A DNA stretch of 64,000 bases from Cystobasidiomycetes sp. EMM_F5 (GCA_051047955.1 JBPGPT010000016.1:310001-374000), one strand, 5' to 3'. Shown: positions 24,592 through 38,383, counted from the first letter of the stretch. The notes: a model not told the origin generated them from the letters alone. Numbers and translations: made by a program.

Positions 24592-25373
24592 TTATACGGC
24601 AGCGTCACCGCGAGTATTATTGTAGTAGGAGCTAGCAGCTCCTTGACTAGGAGGGGGACCGGTTGGAGGCGCGTAATGTTGGTTGGTGTTTGCAGCTGGG
24701 GGTGGGCTACTGGGTGGGGCATAATTTGGTGGTCCGGCTTGAGCATGCTCAGCCTGGTAGTAATTGTTGGCCTCGCTGGGTGGCGCTTGATAGCTCTGCT
24801 GATGGTTGTATCCTGGCTGACCGTAAGCGGGCTGAGTGTATCCCTGCTGCGATTCCTGTGGGTAATAACCCTGTCCAGTCTGCTGCATCGGTTGTTGCTG
24901 GTTCCTGTAACGAAGCGAGACTTCAGTCAGTCATGACAATGTAGAGCAGAGGTGGAGACGCACTGAAGGTAAGCCACGTCCTGAGCACGACGAGCACGAC
25001 GACGTCTCCACATGGAGAGGAACAGGACCAGAAGTAGAATCGGGATGACAACTGGAAACAGTGTTAGTGAAAAATATTCTTCACCTCTTGGATGCATTCC
25101 CTTACTCGCAACTATAACACCGCCAATTGTGCCGCCAGCTAATCCTGTGCAATAGTACCTCTGTATGAACAATGCTTTAGCGAGGACGATCCAAGGCACA
25201 GATCGACGGAGACACGCACTCCGTAGGCATCGTAACCACAGGCTGCAGGGAAGGATGCACATCAGTACAAACAGTTTTCTTTGCTTTAAACGAAGTAACA
25301 ACTCACTCCTAGCCTCTGCACCAGACACCGCTGCAGCGAGAATGACGAGTCCTGCGAGTCCTGCAGAGTTCAT
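24592..25373 (-). CDS. Small single-pass membrane protein with Gln/Tyr/Pro-rich tail (Rcr1-like architecture)
   Basis: Signal peptide, short Cys-containing ectodomain (TCGYDAYG|RYYCTG), TM segment GGTIGGVIVA|VVIPILLLVLFLSMW, RRRR stop-transfer, and a tail with PPNY and YAPP motifs. Confidence 0.65.
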
Positions 25374-25876
25374 GATTGGGTAGCGAAGTGTCTAAAGTAC
25401 GAGGGAATCGGCGAGACTTGTTTATGATATGGAGTAGAGTCGTCTTGTAGGAGAAGGTCGTCGGCGCAAAGATCCCAACTGCTTTGCTTTAGTAGAGTGG
25501 CGTATACCTAGCCAAGCAATACGTCACCAGCTTGTGCAGACTTTGTGCCTGTAAAGCGAAGCGGTGAAGATGGAAGAAGAGCTAGAAGCACTCTGTGAAG
25601 GAGGAGTTGTAATCCAGTCAACTCTTTGCAGCTTGTATCCCTGAGCATGGCCTGGTCTTGTTCGCCGCTTTTGGAATGCAAAAATGATCGGCGGCAGTGT
25701 CAAGAATCCCTTTACGCGTTTCAGATTCGACACCAAGCAGTATGCTCGAAGTATTGCTGTAACAGATGATTCCGAACCCCTTCTGTCTGGCAAGCGTACC
25801 AGTAGCGCCGATAGCGTCCAGCAGCAATCACCTCGACAGAAAGCCAGACGCGGACACATCCGCTACCAGCGATGCA

Positions 25877-26869
25877 ATGCAAACGGCTATAGCGACTGGC
25901 GCGTCTTCCTTGACGCGCTCTGGAAGCTCTACCATTCAAGCTGCGAAAAAGGCACTCCGCGGAGCAATGAAGGCAAAGTTGCAGAGCGTGTCGGAGGAGA
26001 GCGTCGTAAAGCAATGTAAGGCAATCAATATAAGCATTGGCCGGGCTATACGGCGGCAATCCTCGTTAATAACGACCATGCTGACTCGCATATGATTTGA
26101 TGTTCATCGGGCAGCTGATATCGTCATTAAGAAGATATTACAACACCCTTGGTATACAAACGCCAAGCGGGTGTCTGTGTATACGAGCATGCCGCATTCC
26201 GAATTACAGACAGACAAGATCATCCATGACGCATTGACAACTTCTCATCCCTCGCCTTCGAAAGAGGTGTTCCTACCGTACACACCAAGAGGAAGTACCG
26301 CGCCCATGCGGATGCTCAAACTGAGAGACTTGACGGATCTTGCCAGTCTCAGACCCAATAGCTGGGGTATACGGGAATTTGACGCTGGCAGTGCCCAGGA
26401 GCGAGAAGATGCCTTGGCGGAGGATGGTAGCGGACAAGGCTTGGATCTGATATTGATGCCAGGTCTGTCCATGACTTCACTCGCCGCGTCGACTGCTGTT
26501 GGAGCTTACGACACCGCTTCTGTCGGTACCAACAGGCCTCGCCTTTGACAGACAGCTCAATAGACTTGGACATGGGAAAGGCTACTACGATACCTATCAG
26601 CATTTGTCGGCGCTGTGGGCACTGAAGCACGGCGTAGACAGACCAAAGACGAGTTGGTCGACACCACAGCGCATGTACTCGCTGGCATTTTGCTGATTTT
26701 TCCGTCTACAGTCGCGTTGGCTCTGAACGAGCAAATACTCGACGAAGGCGAAAACATACCAGTGATAGAAGTGGAGGATGGACATAATTCGGGTCATAGA
26801 GATATCAAGCCGGATTTGATTCTTTGGCCAGAAGGGGAGATATACTTGGACGACCTGGGGAATCAATAG
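25877..26869 (+). CDS. FAU1: 5-formyltetrahydrofolate cyclo-ligase (MTHFS/Fau1)
   Basis: AAKKALRGAMK, VSVYTSMPHSELQT, NSWGIRE, GLDLILMPG|LAFDRQLNRLGHGKGYYDTY and VALALNEQI. Confidence 0.92.
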
Positions 26870-27029
26870 CCAGAATGGCGTACGAGACCACCTCAGCAAG
26901 AAGACATTGGCCGGCAATCGGAAGTTATCCGCAATACTCCATGTCCTGCGATCATTTCCTCTTAAAACCTTGTCACCTGCATAATCTGCTCCACTTCTCT
27001 TCCGTACCATCTCACGTCAATCAACCTAG

Positions 27030-27529
27030 ATGTCCGACACAAAACAAGTCGTCGCTACTGGGAATCCCTACGAGGCGAAATTCGGGTACTATCGTGCAGT
27101 CCGCAAAGGCCCGTTCATCGTAGTCTCGGGAACTACCTCGCTCGACCCCACTACGAGTCATCTTTTACACGTTGGAAATGCAAAAGAGCAAGCGATAGCT
27201 GCATTTACAGAGGCCATCAAGGCTGTACTACAGCTAGATGGACGCAAGAGCGACGTAGTGCGCGTCAGAATGTTTGTCAAGGTCAGTGACCATGACGAGT
27301 CACGGATAGCTGTACTTAAGAAACTGACGAGGACGTTGTTATTTAGAACAAGGAGGACACGGGAAGAGTAGGAGAGGCGTTCCGAGAAGTGTTTGGCAAG
27401 GTCGAGAGGGATTCCGAGTGCAAAAGTGTGCCAAACGCGGAAGTCGCCGTGGCTGCTGCCATGGTCATCGCAGAGTTTGTCGACAAAGACATGTTGGTGG
27501 AGATTGAGCTGGACGCGATCGTAGAGTGA
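27030..27529 (+). CDS. Rid (YjgF/YER057c/UK114) family protein, Rid7-like
   Basis: GNPYEAKFGYYRAVRKGPFIVVSGTT, DVVRVRMFV and C-terminal MLVEIELDAIVE; one intron at about 27282-27346. Confidence 0.85.
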
Positions 27530-28068
27530 AGATGGAGCGGAAAAGGCATGTCAGCGGGCAAGTTGTGTTTGTCACACGAAGAGTTGCCTCGCGGCCACTT
27601 TACGCGTCACCGCGTCTATCCATGGCCGCGCCAGCTGCCAAAGACCAAGCAACCAAGCGATAGCACAGCAAGTGGAGCAACGCCGTATGAGCATATGACC
27701 ATCACACGTCCACCTATAGCATGAAGGCTTGCTGTTACCGGCCTGCTTGCCCGACTTTCGCTCCTTCCTGACCAGGCACTCGCAAAAAAAATCTCGATTC
27801 GCTTTGCTGATCATCTCGCGCCTGACGCTGCCGGCAGCTTGTGCGAGGTTTTGGGGGCAGGGACCGCGAGAGGCCGAGCCTCAGAGCGGGCGGGCTAGCA
27901 GGGCAATCAATCATTATTCACTGTGCTGCAGCATGCTATCGGTGTAGACCTGCAACCATCAGTTATTACAACGAGACATACATTGCAAGTCTACGCCTCT
28001 GGACTCGGAGTGTCCTCGCTGCCCAGCCCAGCCCGCTGCTGGGCAGTATCTACCGTGACTGCCTGGCC

Positions 28069-31000
28069 ATGGACCTGTCAAAGCTCGTCGACAGTGCTGC
28101 CGAGGGTGCTCATCTCGAGCCAGCAGCGTCGACATCGGATACCAGTCTCGCTGCGTTGACCTCTGCTGCTCAAGCGGCTGCTGCTGCTGCTGCTGCTACC
28201 CTCGACCCAGACGACCCCGGCGACGAGACTGACGAACTCGACGACGACGCGGCGCACTTGCTCCAGTCATCGAGTGCTGCGGGTGCTCCCTCTGCCGTCA
28301 GTAGCAGCACGACACGCGAACGCGACAACGACGACGCCGGCCAGCCTCGACTGGGTGTAGTGCAGCCGGGATCCAAAAAGGTATGCAACCATCCATATAC
28401 TCGGCCTCCTGGCGTTGCGCGCATATGCTCATGTTGCCTACAACATTGTCGTTTGGCTGCAGGGAAAGAGGGTGCCCACCGTCGAAGAGCAAGAGGCCAT
28501 CAACGAAATCGTCTACGCGGCGACACTGGTCCCCGAGACTTGGGTGGAGGAGTTGGACGGGGGTAGACTGCCAGAAGGTGAGTGGGCAAGGTATATCCCA
28601 TCAGAGCATGGCAGACTTATATATGCCACGGATTTGGGCAGACGAGGCAGTCGCACTGGTATCGCACCCAGACGTCTACGCGGCCTACATTGAACGGGTA
28701 GCAGCTTCGACAGCGTCGGCGAGAAACTACGGTATAGCTGCATTCTCCTCCCAGACGACGGCCAGCCTGCTCCGGACAGCTGGCGCAGTGCTGCACAACT
28801 CGGGAGCAAGACTTTCCCATCTGATCGACCAGACGGCCATCGCAGAGCTCAACGAGCGAGAGCCTGCCGCAGCAGCAGCCGCTTCTCTAGCACTGCTGCA
28901 GAGCCATCAGGGTACGTCGTCTGCTGGTAGTGTCGTCACCTCTTCCGGCTTGCCCGACTCTCTCTCGCATCACCGCTCGCTGGGCTCGCCGGCAGTCTCC
29001 TATTCGCCTGCGCTGCCTTCCGTACTCGCTCGGTCATCTTCGAATTACGCGTCCTCTGCCATATTAGCCTCAAATTCAGAGTCGACTGCGTCAATCGTCA
29101 ACAAGCCAAACCCCGCCGAAGGGTCGATAGAATCAGAAGCAGATAAACTAGACCGACTCGAACGCAAAAAGGAGGCTGCAAGGGAAGGGTGGAAGAAGCG
29201 AAGAGCTGCAGCAGAGGAAAGAGCGACACTTGAAGCTGCAGGTCAAGAACGCCCATTGACAAAGAAGGAATTGCAGGCAGCCAGACGACGCGAACAACGG
29301 AGAGAAGCTAAATTGAAACAGACTCTAGCAACAGCTGCGGCGTCTGGCAATCCAACTGCTGCCTCCAGCCCGACTACGTCTCATCTCTCGCTGTCACTTG
29401 GCATTCCACCATCAAGCGACACTGCACATCCTTGGCCATCGTCACCAGCTCTGCCTTCGCGTTTGGGTGAAACGGTAGACTATACAAGCGGGCACGAGTC
29501 TGATGCAGTGTCAGAGTTTTCTGCTGCTACATCAAACGCGACTGCTCTTATGATGGCCACTCAGGCTCAGCCAGATACGCCGTATGTGGAGGGAGTACAA
29601 GGCCTGCCTACTCAGGATGGACTCACGCACCAACCGGCTTCTGAGAATGGTCTTACTGTTCCAGCATCCCTCGAAATGGAGCCTACGCTCACGTCCAGCA
29701 TCGGCCGCATGTTGTCACCCGCACCTAGTGCAGGCCGGCGGAAACGCGCTTCGTCTGCCAACTCCAACACCTCTTCTGCTACGGGTAAGACTGGCAAACG
29801 TCCACGCTTGTCGTATCAACAGCAACATCAATCATCATCGTACCTCGCGCCCGTTGAGACGCAAGCTAATCACGTCAAGACTGAGGTTAGCGAAGCGGCA
29901 CTCGCCTTGGGCGCACTTGATTCCGCAATGGCTGTGAACGGGACCATGGCCGACGGACCAGTGCAGTCTGCACCACAACAACCCCTTTATCCCCATCAGC
30001 GTTCTCCTGCGGCTGCTCCGTCACCGTTTCTTGACGCGCTTGGTGATGCGTCCATGCGTCAAGCTCAAGATGATGATTATGTCCCTGACTACACCGCTTC
30101 AACTTCCCAAACCAAAGAGTCCATCTACTCTCGCACTCTGCGAGGGACAGCTGCCGACAACGAAAGGAAGATCTGGGCGACTATTGCTCGATCCAGCATA
30201 CCTAAAGTTCTCAAGGTACAACAGCAAGGTTTGATCAGTCGTCAGATCTATCACCGGCGATTGAGCGGAGCAGCGGCTCGAGAAGCAAAGAAATACAATT
30301 CGAAAGCGCCAAAGGCGCCAAAGGATATCCAGATCAAGGCGAGAAGAGTCATGCGAGAGCTGTTGCTTCATCTCAAAGGCAACGAGAAGCATCAACGTGA
30401 AACAAAACGGAAAGCTGAAAAGGAGGTTCTCGACAAGGCTCGCAAGGAGGAAGAGATGCAGGAAGCCAAACGTCAAGCTAGAAAACTCAATTTCTTGATT
30501 ACTCAGACCGAACTATACTCGCATTTCGTTGGCTCAAAGCTGAAAAGTAAACGCGGAATCCTCAGAGGCATGTTCATCTGCTGATGTGATTGTTTCCTTC
30601 ACACAGCTGCGGAAATGGAAGAGTCCGAGGACACAGCTGGCACATCCAAGCCGAACGTCAACGGCGCCCCACCTTTGCCTCCCGAGGGATCCACCATCAA
30701 AGCAATCGCATCGGGTCTGGGCGTCAACAGCGGTGTTTCGGCACTAGATTTTAACGACGAGGACGAGACGAATCTCCTAACGCATGCACGCATGAATGCC
30801 GAATCTGCGGTGCAGAAGGCACTCAGTAAGGCGAAGCAATTTGACCAGACGTTTGCAGCCGAGCAAGCTGTCAGCAAAGAGAATTACGACCTTGATAGCT
30901 ACGAAAATGGTGGAGATCAAGCATTCGACACGCTTACCTCTACTTCAGGAGCTCCTGACAAGGCATTGAAAGGAGTCAACATTGACGAGATGAATTTCCA

Positions 31001-34000
31001 AAATCCGACGATGGCTGGAGATGTTGAAATTGCCAAGCAGCCAGCAATGCTGTCTTGCACTTTGAAAGAATATCAGCTGAAGGGCTTAAACTGGTTGGCC
31101 AACTTGTACGAGCAAGGCATCAACGGTATATTGGCCGATGAAATGGGTCTGGGAAAGACTGTACAATCCATCTCCCTCATGGCATACCTCGCAGAAGTAC
31201 ATAACATTTGGGGTCCATTTCTCGTCGTCGCTCCGGCGTCCACTTTGCACAATTGGCAGCAGGAGATCGCTAAATTTACGCCATCACTCAAAGTCCTGCC
31301 CTACTGGGGCAATGTGAAGGATCGAACAACGTTGCGCAAGTTCTGGAACCGCAAGTCATTACGATACGACAAGAATGCCCCCTTTCATATTCTCATCACG
31401 AGTTATCAGCTGGTTGTTACCGATGAGCAGTATTTTTCAAAGGTCAAATGGCAATACATGGTACTTGACGAAGCGCAGGCGATCAAGAGTTCTGCTTCCT
31501 CGAGATGGAGGATTCTGCTGGGTTTCAACTGCCGCAACCGGCTTTTGCTGACCGGTACACCAATCCAAAATTCGATGCAAGGTATGTGTCACAACTGCGC
31601 CTACAAGCTCGTGCATGCTGACTGTATTGTCATTCGACAGAACTCTGGGCTCTTCTACACTTCATTATGCCCTCTCTATTCGATTCTCACAACGAATTCA
31701 GCGAATGGTTCGCAAAAGATATCGAAGGCGGCGGCGACAAGAACGGAGCGATGAACGAATCTCAGCTTCGTCGGCTTCATATGATTTTGAAGCCTTTCAT
31801 GCTGCGCCGAATCAAGAAGAACGTGCAGAACGAGCTCGCCGATAAGATCGAAATTGACGTATACTGCGATCTGACACCGCGACAACGGCATATGTATCGA
31901 ACATTACGGCAGAATATATCGGTGGCTGATCTCATCTCCAAAGCATCTTCGCTTAGTGACGACGACAGCGTCAAGCGTCTTATGAATCTTATCATGCAAT
32001 TCCGTAAAGTCTGCAATCATCCCGAACTTTTCGAGCGGGCAGATGTGGAGGCACCCTTCTCTTTCGCAAATTATAATCAATCTTACGGCTTGGCAAAAGA
32101 GGGCAAAGATCTCGTCGTCGTCTATAGTACGAACAGCTACCTTGACAGGCATCTACCTCGTATCCTATTCGACGAAAAGCCCAATGCAGCCCTATCGGAC
32201 ACTACTTTCGTGGCCGGCTTGATGAATATCTGGTCTTCCGCCCATATCGCCCAGCAGCAATATGAACCCAGTGAGTAACGAACAGATGATTTGAGAGACA
32301 CTGCTGAAACCGCCAAATTTTGTTCAGCTTCCGCCTTCGCGTTCATCAAACCTGCTCAACTAGAGCCGAAAGACGTGGAAGACTTAAGCAACTATGATGA
32401 TCCTTTACGAAGAATAGCTATAGCACGGCAGCAGCTCACCGATGAGGCTATTGCTCGTGCTCAGGCATCAATTTCCGGAAGCATGCGGAAACGCCCTACG
32501 CTCAAAGTTCACCGAAGAATACCCGACGACCCTAGATGGCGATATTTGGGTTTGCAGCCTCTGGATTCAATACAATTCGACTATGCAGAGAATTGCAGAT
32601 ACGGTCGATCAGACACAAGATTCTATATAGATGCAGCGGTAGCCCCGCCTCCCGTGGTATCATGCTCATCGCGAGCCTATCAGTATAAGCATATGGACGA
32701 GATGTACGACTTAAACGTGCGCGCCGCTTTGTATGGGGTGCCGGACGAAAGCACTGGTATAATTGGTGCGATGACCAAGGCTCAGCTACCTCTTGCTGCT
32801 ATGCAGGTACCGCAACTTCACAAGCTCATTCTCGATTCGGGCAAGCTGGCAAAGCTAGACGAGCTGCTGGTCAAGCTTAAATCAGAGGGTCATCGGGTTT
32901 TAGTCTACTTCCAGATGACTAGAATGATTGATCTAATGGAGGAGTACCTGGCCTTCAGGCAATACAAATATCTACGACTAGATGGTTCCAGTAGTATATC
33001 TGAGCGTCGAGACATGGTCACTGATTGGCAGACCAAGCCGGAAATCTTCATCTTCCTTCTGTCAACTCGCGCAGGTGGGCTAGGCATAAATCTTACGGCT
33101 GCCGACACGGTCATTTTCTACGATTCGGATTGGAACCCTTCCAATGACGCCCAAGCTATGGATCGCGCTCATCGCCTCGGTCAGACGAGACAGGTCACCG
33201 TTTACCGTCTGATCACAAAAAATACAATAGACGAGCGAATCTTACAATTAGCGCGAACGAAGAAGTCTGTCCAGGACGCAGTCGTCGGTTCCTCCACGCA
33301 AGTTGTAGGCGGAGGCAGCGGCGAAGTCAAGAGCAACGAAGTGGTGTCACTCTTGCTTGATGACGACGAGTTGGCGGAATCCATCAGACAATCTGAGGCT
33401 AAGCGGCAGGCGAAGACTGATTTCGGCAAGCGCGGGGCCGTCGCAAGGGAAGAGAATAAGCGGCTTCGCGAAGTTGCTGCGCAAGAGAAAGCCGCTCAGC
33501 AAGACTTGCATAACGGTAATGGGCTCGGAGCTGCATCCGGCAATGGTTGGACCGGCGAAGATGACGACGACGATGCCTTCGGGTTTTTCTCAAGTAACAA
33601 GAATGCAAAGGCAACGAAAGGCGACCCTGATGATATGGATGCTGATGGCGATGACCTCGAAGAAGGAGCTACCGCAGGCGCCACCACAACCGTTGCCAGC
33701 AAAGGCAAAGGCTCCGCAAACAAGGGCAAAGCTACTGCGCCCAAGAAAAGTAAAGTGAAAGCGGTTATCGACCCCGACGATCCTGACGCGCCCCCCAAAA
33801 AGAAACGAGCGACTGGCGGTAGCAAGAAGAAGGCAGAGCCTGTCCTTGGCCCTGACGGCCAGCCTATCATAGCGCCGAAGAAACCACGCGCAAAAGCAGC
33901 ACCAAAGAAGAAGAAGGGTCCGGATGGGATGCCATTGGTGATCGAGAACGGGATCGATGCTCACTCGGATCCCTTTGCTGCTCCAGGTTCTACATTGCCC

Positions 34001-34003
34001 TGA
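28069..34003 (+). CDS. INO80: INO80 chromatin-remodelling ATPase
   Basis: DBINO segment [25 protein letters not shown]2 motifs [42 protein letters not shown]; split helicase with [31 protein letters not shown] and [11 protein letters not shown]. Confidence 0.96.
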
Positions 34004-34266
34004 CCCGAAAAAATGTTACCATCGATACCTTACGACGCATGATGATACATGGTATCAATAATAGAATACGGATGAGCTAGAAGGTCGTCGGACCATGTAT
34101 CGTTTAAATGTCTGTTTAGCCTGCCATCTTCTGTGCAGTCAGATTGTTGTCGATACTCGCGAGATCGCAAACGTGATGCATGGATGCATGATGACCAAGT
34201 CTACTGCAAATACTTCCAGGATTCTGCCGAGTATGAGACCTAGGTGATTAATATTCTCTACTCAAA

Positions 34267-35895
34267 TTAACCTATCAGCATAGCCGCTCGATCTCCTCCA
34301 TCTTGATTAATGTTCGCAAGGGGCGAGAGGCCGAACCCAAGTCGGCATGTGTCGATATCTATGAGTAGTGTATGCAGGGTTTTGCTGAGGTAGTCCAAAG
34401 ATTTCTGCTGTTGCGAGAGGACCTGCATTTGCAAATGTCAGCCTGCACTGCTCATTTAATGCGAAGTAAGTACTGACCTCGAGGACTTTGTTTAGTTCAG
34501 ATTCGTCTGCTACTGCCCATTCGGTGTTTTGAGAGCCATCATTTGGGGTCCCGTTCCGGCCATGTAATGCCGCTTTTCTTTGGCTGACAACCATCCACAA
34601 CTCATTGACAATGCCAGCGAGCCTAGCGCCACCTGTGGTATTGAGGACTGGACGAGAAAAGTCCTGATGACCAGCATGTCTGGCGCCTGCACTTCCGGAC
34701 AATGCATCACGGATACGCTCTAGGGTCGCCAACGTCGCTTGATCGTCGCGAAGGTTGCCCGAGCTGGCCAGATTAGTCATTGATGATCCCAAATTACCGT
34801 GTTGTTGCTGCTGTTGAGGTAGTCCAGCAAGGCGCGCGCATATCCGAATGAGACGTTCCTCCAGACGGACTTGTTCCCTTGTTGCACGATCTATCCGCAC
34901 TTCTGTCTCTTTCCAATGCTTTGTCGACTTTTCTGTAATTTTGCCTTGAATATCGGCAGAACGTAGTTTGGCGAGGTGCAATCCAGCCATGTTGCGCTGA
35001 GCATCGACTCTGCGTTTCAGATCATCCATTCCTGTCGCGAGTGCCGGCACGAAGTCCGAAGGGCGAGGGTTTTCCAAAACTGCAGACTTGTACAGTGCAG
35101 TCAGATGGGGACTTGCAGCTACATTTTGCGGAATCGGAAGCTGGGTGAGGGGCACGGTAAGTGGAGTCGAGGATAGATTGTAAAAGTAGTAGACGAATCG
35201 ATTTGAAGGAGACTGAGGATTCCATGCATTTTGCACTGCTGTTATCCGCTCCTCAATGGAGAGCTGCGGTTGTGCATGCTGTTGAGCGAGTGCGGATTGC
35301 TGCAAGCCTTGCGACGCTCCAAACATGCTGCCTGACGCGCCAGCTGCATTCTGCTGATTGCCGGCATTCGAGGAGCCTAACAGTTGCGAGACTGTAAGAG
35401 GGTTGGGTTTATTGATGGAGGAGAATAGATTGTTGGACGCTTGGGCTGGCTGCTGTTGCTGTTGCTGCGTCTGTAGCGAGCTTCCAAAGGAGAACGGAGC
35501 GGCGGCAGCAGCAGGAGCAGGCTGACTTGCAGACTGAGTCGAGGTGGAAGGTGCTCCAAAGCTGAATGCTCCGAAAGGCTTTGACGCGGTGGACTGGGCT
35601 GAAGACGTGCCAGCTGCTGCATTGCTGTTTCCAAAGCTGAAAGCTGGAGCTGCAGCAGGCTGAGGCGCTGATGTAGAGTTACCAAAGCTGAATGCGGAGG
35701 GGGCAGCGGTAGGCGTTGACTGCGTCTGCCCAGGTTGCTGAGCCGTGCTGCTGGCTCCAAACGAGAATGACGGTGTCGCTGCGGGTGTTGCTGTCGAGCC
35801 CGGCGGCTTGAAGCTGAAGCCAGCTGAGAACGGGGCAAGGCATGTCAGTACTGGGTGACTGTACACACTCAGCTGTATGGCTCACTGAAGCTCAT
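34267..35895 (-). CDS. NUP57: FG-nucleoporin Nup57/Nup54
   Basis: N-terminal FSFG repeats, then AWNPQSPSNRFVYYFYN, ENPRPSDFVPALATGMDDLKRRV and coiled coils. Start MSFS at 35895; last exon ends TAA at 34267. Confidence 0.85.
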
Positions 35896-36366
35896 GGCGG
35901 ACTTCACGGTAAGGGGGATGACAAGCAGTCGGCGACATGGATATTTGAATAATGTTGCCCATGCAATGTTTTAGTACTCAATCTAGCTGAGATTGATGCT
36001 TTCGGTTCATTCTACAGGCGTATCAGATGCTGGCTTCTGGATGTGCCGTCTGCATAAACGAACGACGTCGACGCGTTCAAGATTTCCTAACACTCGTCTT
36101 CAGGCTCTAGCCGGAACTGATGCACGGAATGGCGCGTACTACGAGCTAATGCACCTTGGAGCTACGTACATTTAGACTGCCATCTTACATACACATACAC
36201 GCAACTGTACTTTCGGCTCATCATTGACGCTGATTCGGGCCTCCGGAGTTCGAATTCCCGCCTAGGGCAAAAGCTGAGAGATGTTTCCTCCTGCATAGCT
36301 TCCATTCTCTCCTCAATCGCAACTACCTGTTGGATCCGCCAAATCACGACTGCAAACGCATCTGCA

Positions 36367-38383
36367 ATGTCTCTCCTCGACAGCAAAGATGTGCCGTGCA
36401 TGCTCGACAACGAGGCGTGGACAAGCGTACAATGCTCGTACGAAGTGAAAGATCCGCACACGGGAGATCACCTAGTAAGCAGGGTTCTCAAATGACTGTA
36501 ATCCTCAAATCTAAAGTTGCTTGGGTAGTGGAATGTTGCATCGGTCAACGCCCAAGATGCCATCAAAGCAGTCGAGAGTGCTGAAAAGGCATTCAAGTCC
36601 TGGAGAAAATCCTCAGTCCTGGAGCGGAGAAGGATATTCAACAAGGTACTAGTACTCTTGAAAGAACGTGAGGAAGAGTTTGTCAAGCTTTCTACGACCG
36701 AAACCACTGCAAACGTCTTTTGGGGGTAGGTCACGTCGGACAATTCCACCGCCAAATACTCCGGACGCCTAAAACATCTTTTGCGCGCAGTCACACCGAT
36801 GTCTACCTGGCTGGAAACGTTGTTGACGAGTCGGCGGCAGCCGTCACCCATCTGCAGGGTTCTATCGTCAATCTGGATCATGGCGCGAGGGGATACGTAC
36901 AGCGTATCCCGTACGGAGTCGTTTTCGGAATCAGTCCATGGAACGCCCCACTGTGCGTGTCGATGCTTATCTGTATATGCTAGCTTCATTGCTGACCTAG
37001 CCTTTCCCGTCAATCAGGATTCTGTAAGTTTGGCATACCAACTAGGTGGGATCGAAACTGAAAGCAGTGACAACGTCAGCGGGATTCGTGCATTTGCCAA
37101 CGCTATCGCTGCCGGCAATACTTGCGTGTGGAAGACGTCAGAATACTCCCCCAAGATTCACACTTTTGCTGCTCAACTCTTCAAGGATGCCGGGCTGCCA
37201 GCAGGCGTACTCAACATGATTCACGTTGCACCCAAAGACTCTCCAGCTGTGTGTGAGGCTGTCATTGCTCATCCTGCTGTACGCAAAGTCAACTTTACGG
37301 GATCGACGTTTGTCGGGCGCAAAATTGGAGAAGTGTGCGGGAGATACATCAAGCCAGTTGTTCTTGAGCTTGGTGGTAAAGCGCCAATCATCATCCTCGC
37401 CGATGCAAACCTAAAGGCAGCCGCAAACTCGGTAATGTTTTCTGGTCTGTCGCATTCTGGCCAAATATGCATGGCGTAAGTCTCACAATCGTCATAAGGC
37501 TGCATGGGGACTAACGATTCCTCAAGTGCCGACAAATTAATCGTACACGAATCAGTCGCTGAAGAGTTTACAAAGATTCTGTCCGGCCTGATCAACGACA
37601 GACCCGCAAACGCCACTGCTAGCAAGCCAAACACCTATCGTGGTCTGTTTAGCCAGAACAGCGCAGACCGGGTCAACGCCTTGGTGAAAGATGCTGTCGA
37701 TAAGGGTGCCAAAATCGTCGCTGGCAAGCAATCTTCCGAGAAGAACGTTGTGCAGCCGGTCATCGTTGCCAATACCACACCGGAGATGAGAATCTACTCT
37801 GAAGAGATCTTTGGACCAGCTTTCTCTCTGAACACTTTCAAGACAAATCAGGAGGCAATTGATATGGCCAACGCATCTGAATATGGACTGTACGAACACC
37901 TTTCTTTTATAGAGTGCTATTTTCTTCATGCTGACTTCGGTTTCAGCGCTGCCTCCGTCTATGGGGTGCGTGATTGGAGATTGCGATAGTGCGTAGTAGA
38001 CGTATCAGCTGACTGTCCAAATTCCTCGCAGAGCAACGAAGCCGAGTGCTTTGCGATTGCTGAAGAGATTGAATCAGGTCAGGTCCACGTGAATGGAGCA
38101 TCGGTAAGGTGTTGAATGTGGGCCAAATCGCTATTGCTGATGCCAGCTTCTGTAAACATAGGTGCACGATGCTGGAGTCGTACCCCATGGCGGGCTCAAA
38201 TGTGAGTTTTAAAATACCTAAAATTCCGGTGCCTTGCTAATGACTTGCACTATCCTCGTAGCATCCGGATATGGTCGTTTCAACGGCCTCGAAGGCCTCA
38301 AGGAGTTCTCGACTACAAAGACCATCACTCTGAACCCGCTCCCAGCCGACGAGAATGTCGCTGCCGCCTTGTACCCTATGTAG
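36367..38383 (+). CDS. Aldehyde dehydrogenase, vanillin/salicylaldehyde dehydrogenase-like, many exons
   Basis: GISPWNAPLILGIRA, KTSEYSP, NFTGSTFVG, LELGGKAP (catalytic Glu), HSGQICM (catalytic Cys), EEIFGP and PHGGLKSSGYGRFNG. Confidence 0.92.

Noticed and set aside
28171..28200. GCT triplet run; similar CTG/GTC runs near 35450 and 41480
   Set aside because: Short coding poly-Ala/Gln/Thr tracts, ordinary low-complexity sequence.
36215..36275. GGAGTTCGAATTCCC resembling a tRNA T-loop
   Set aside because: The T-stem does not pair properly, and I could not build a D-arm, anticodon arm or acceptor stem.
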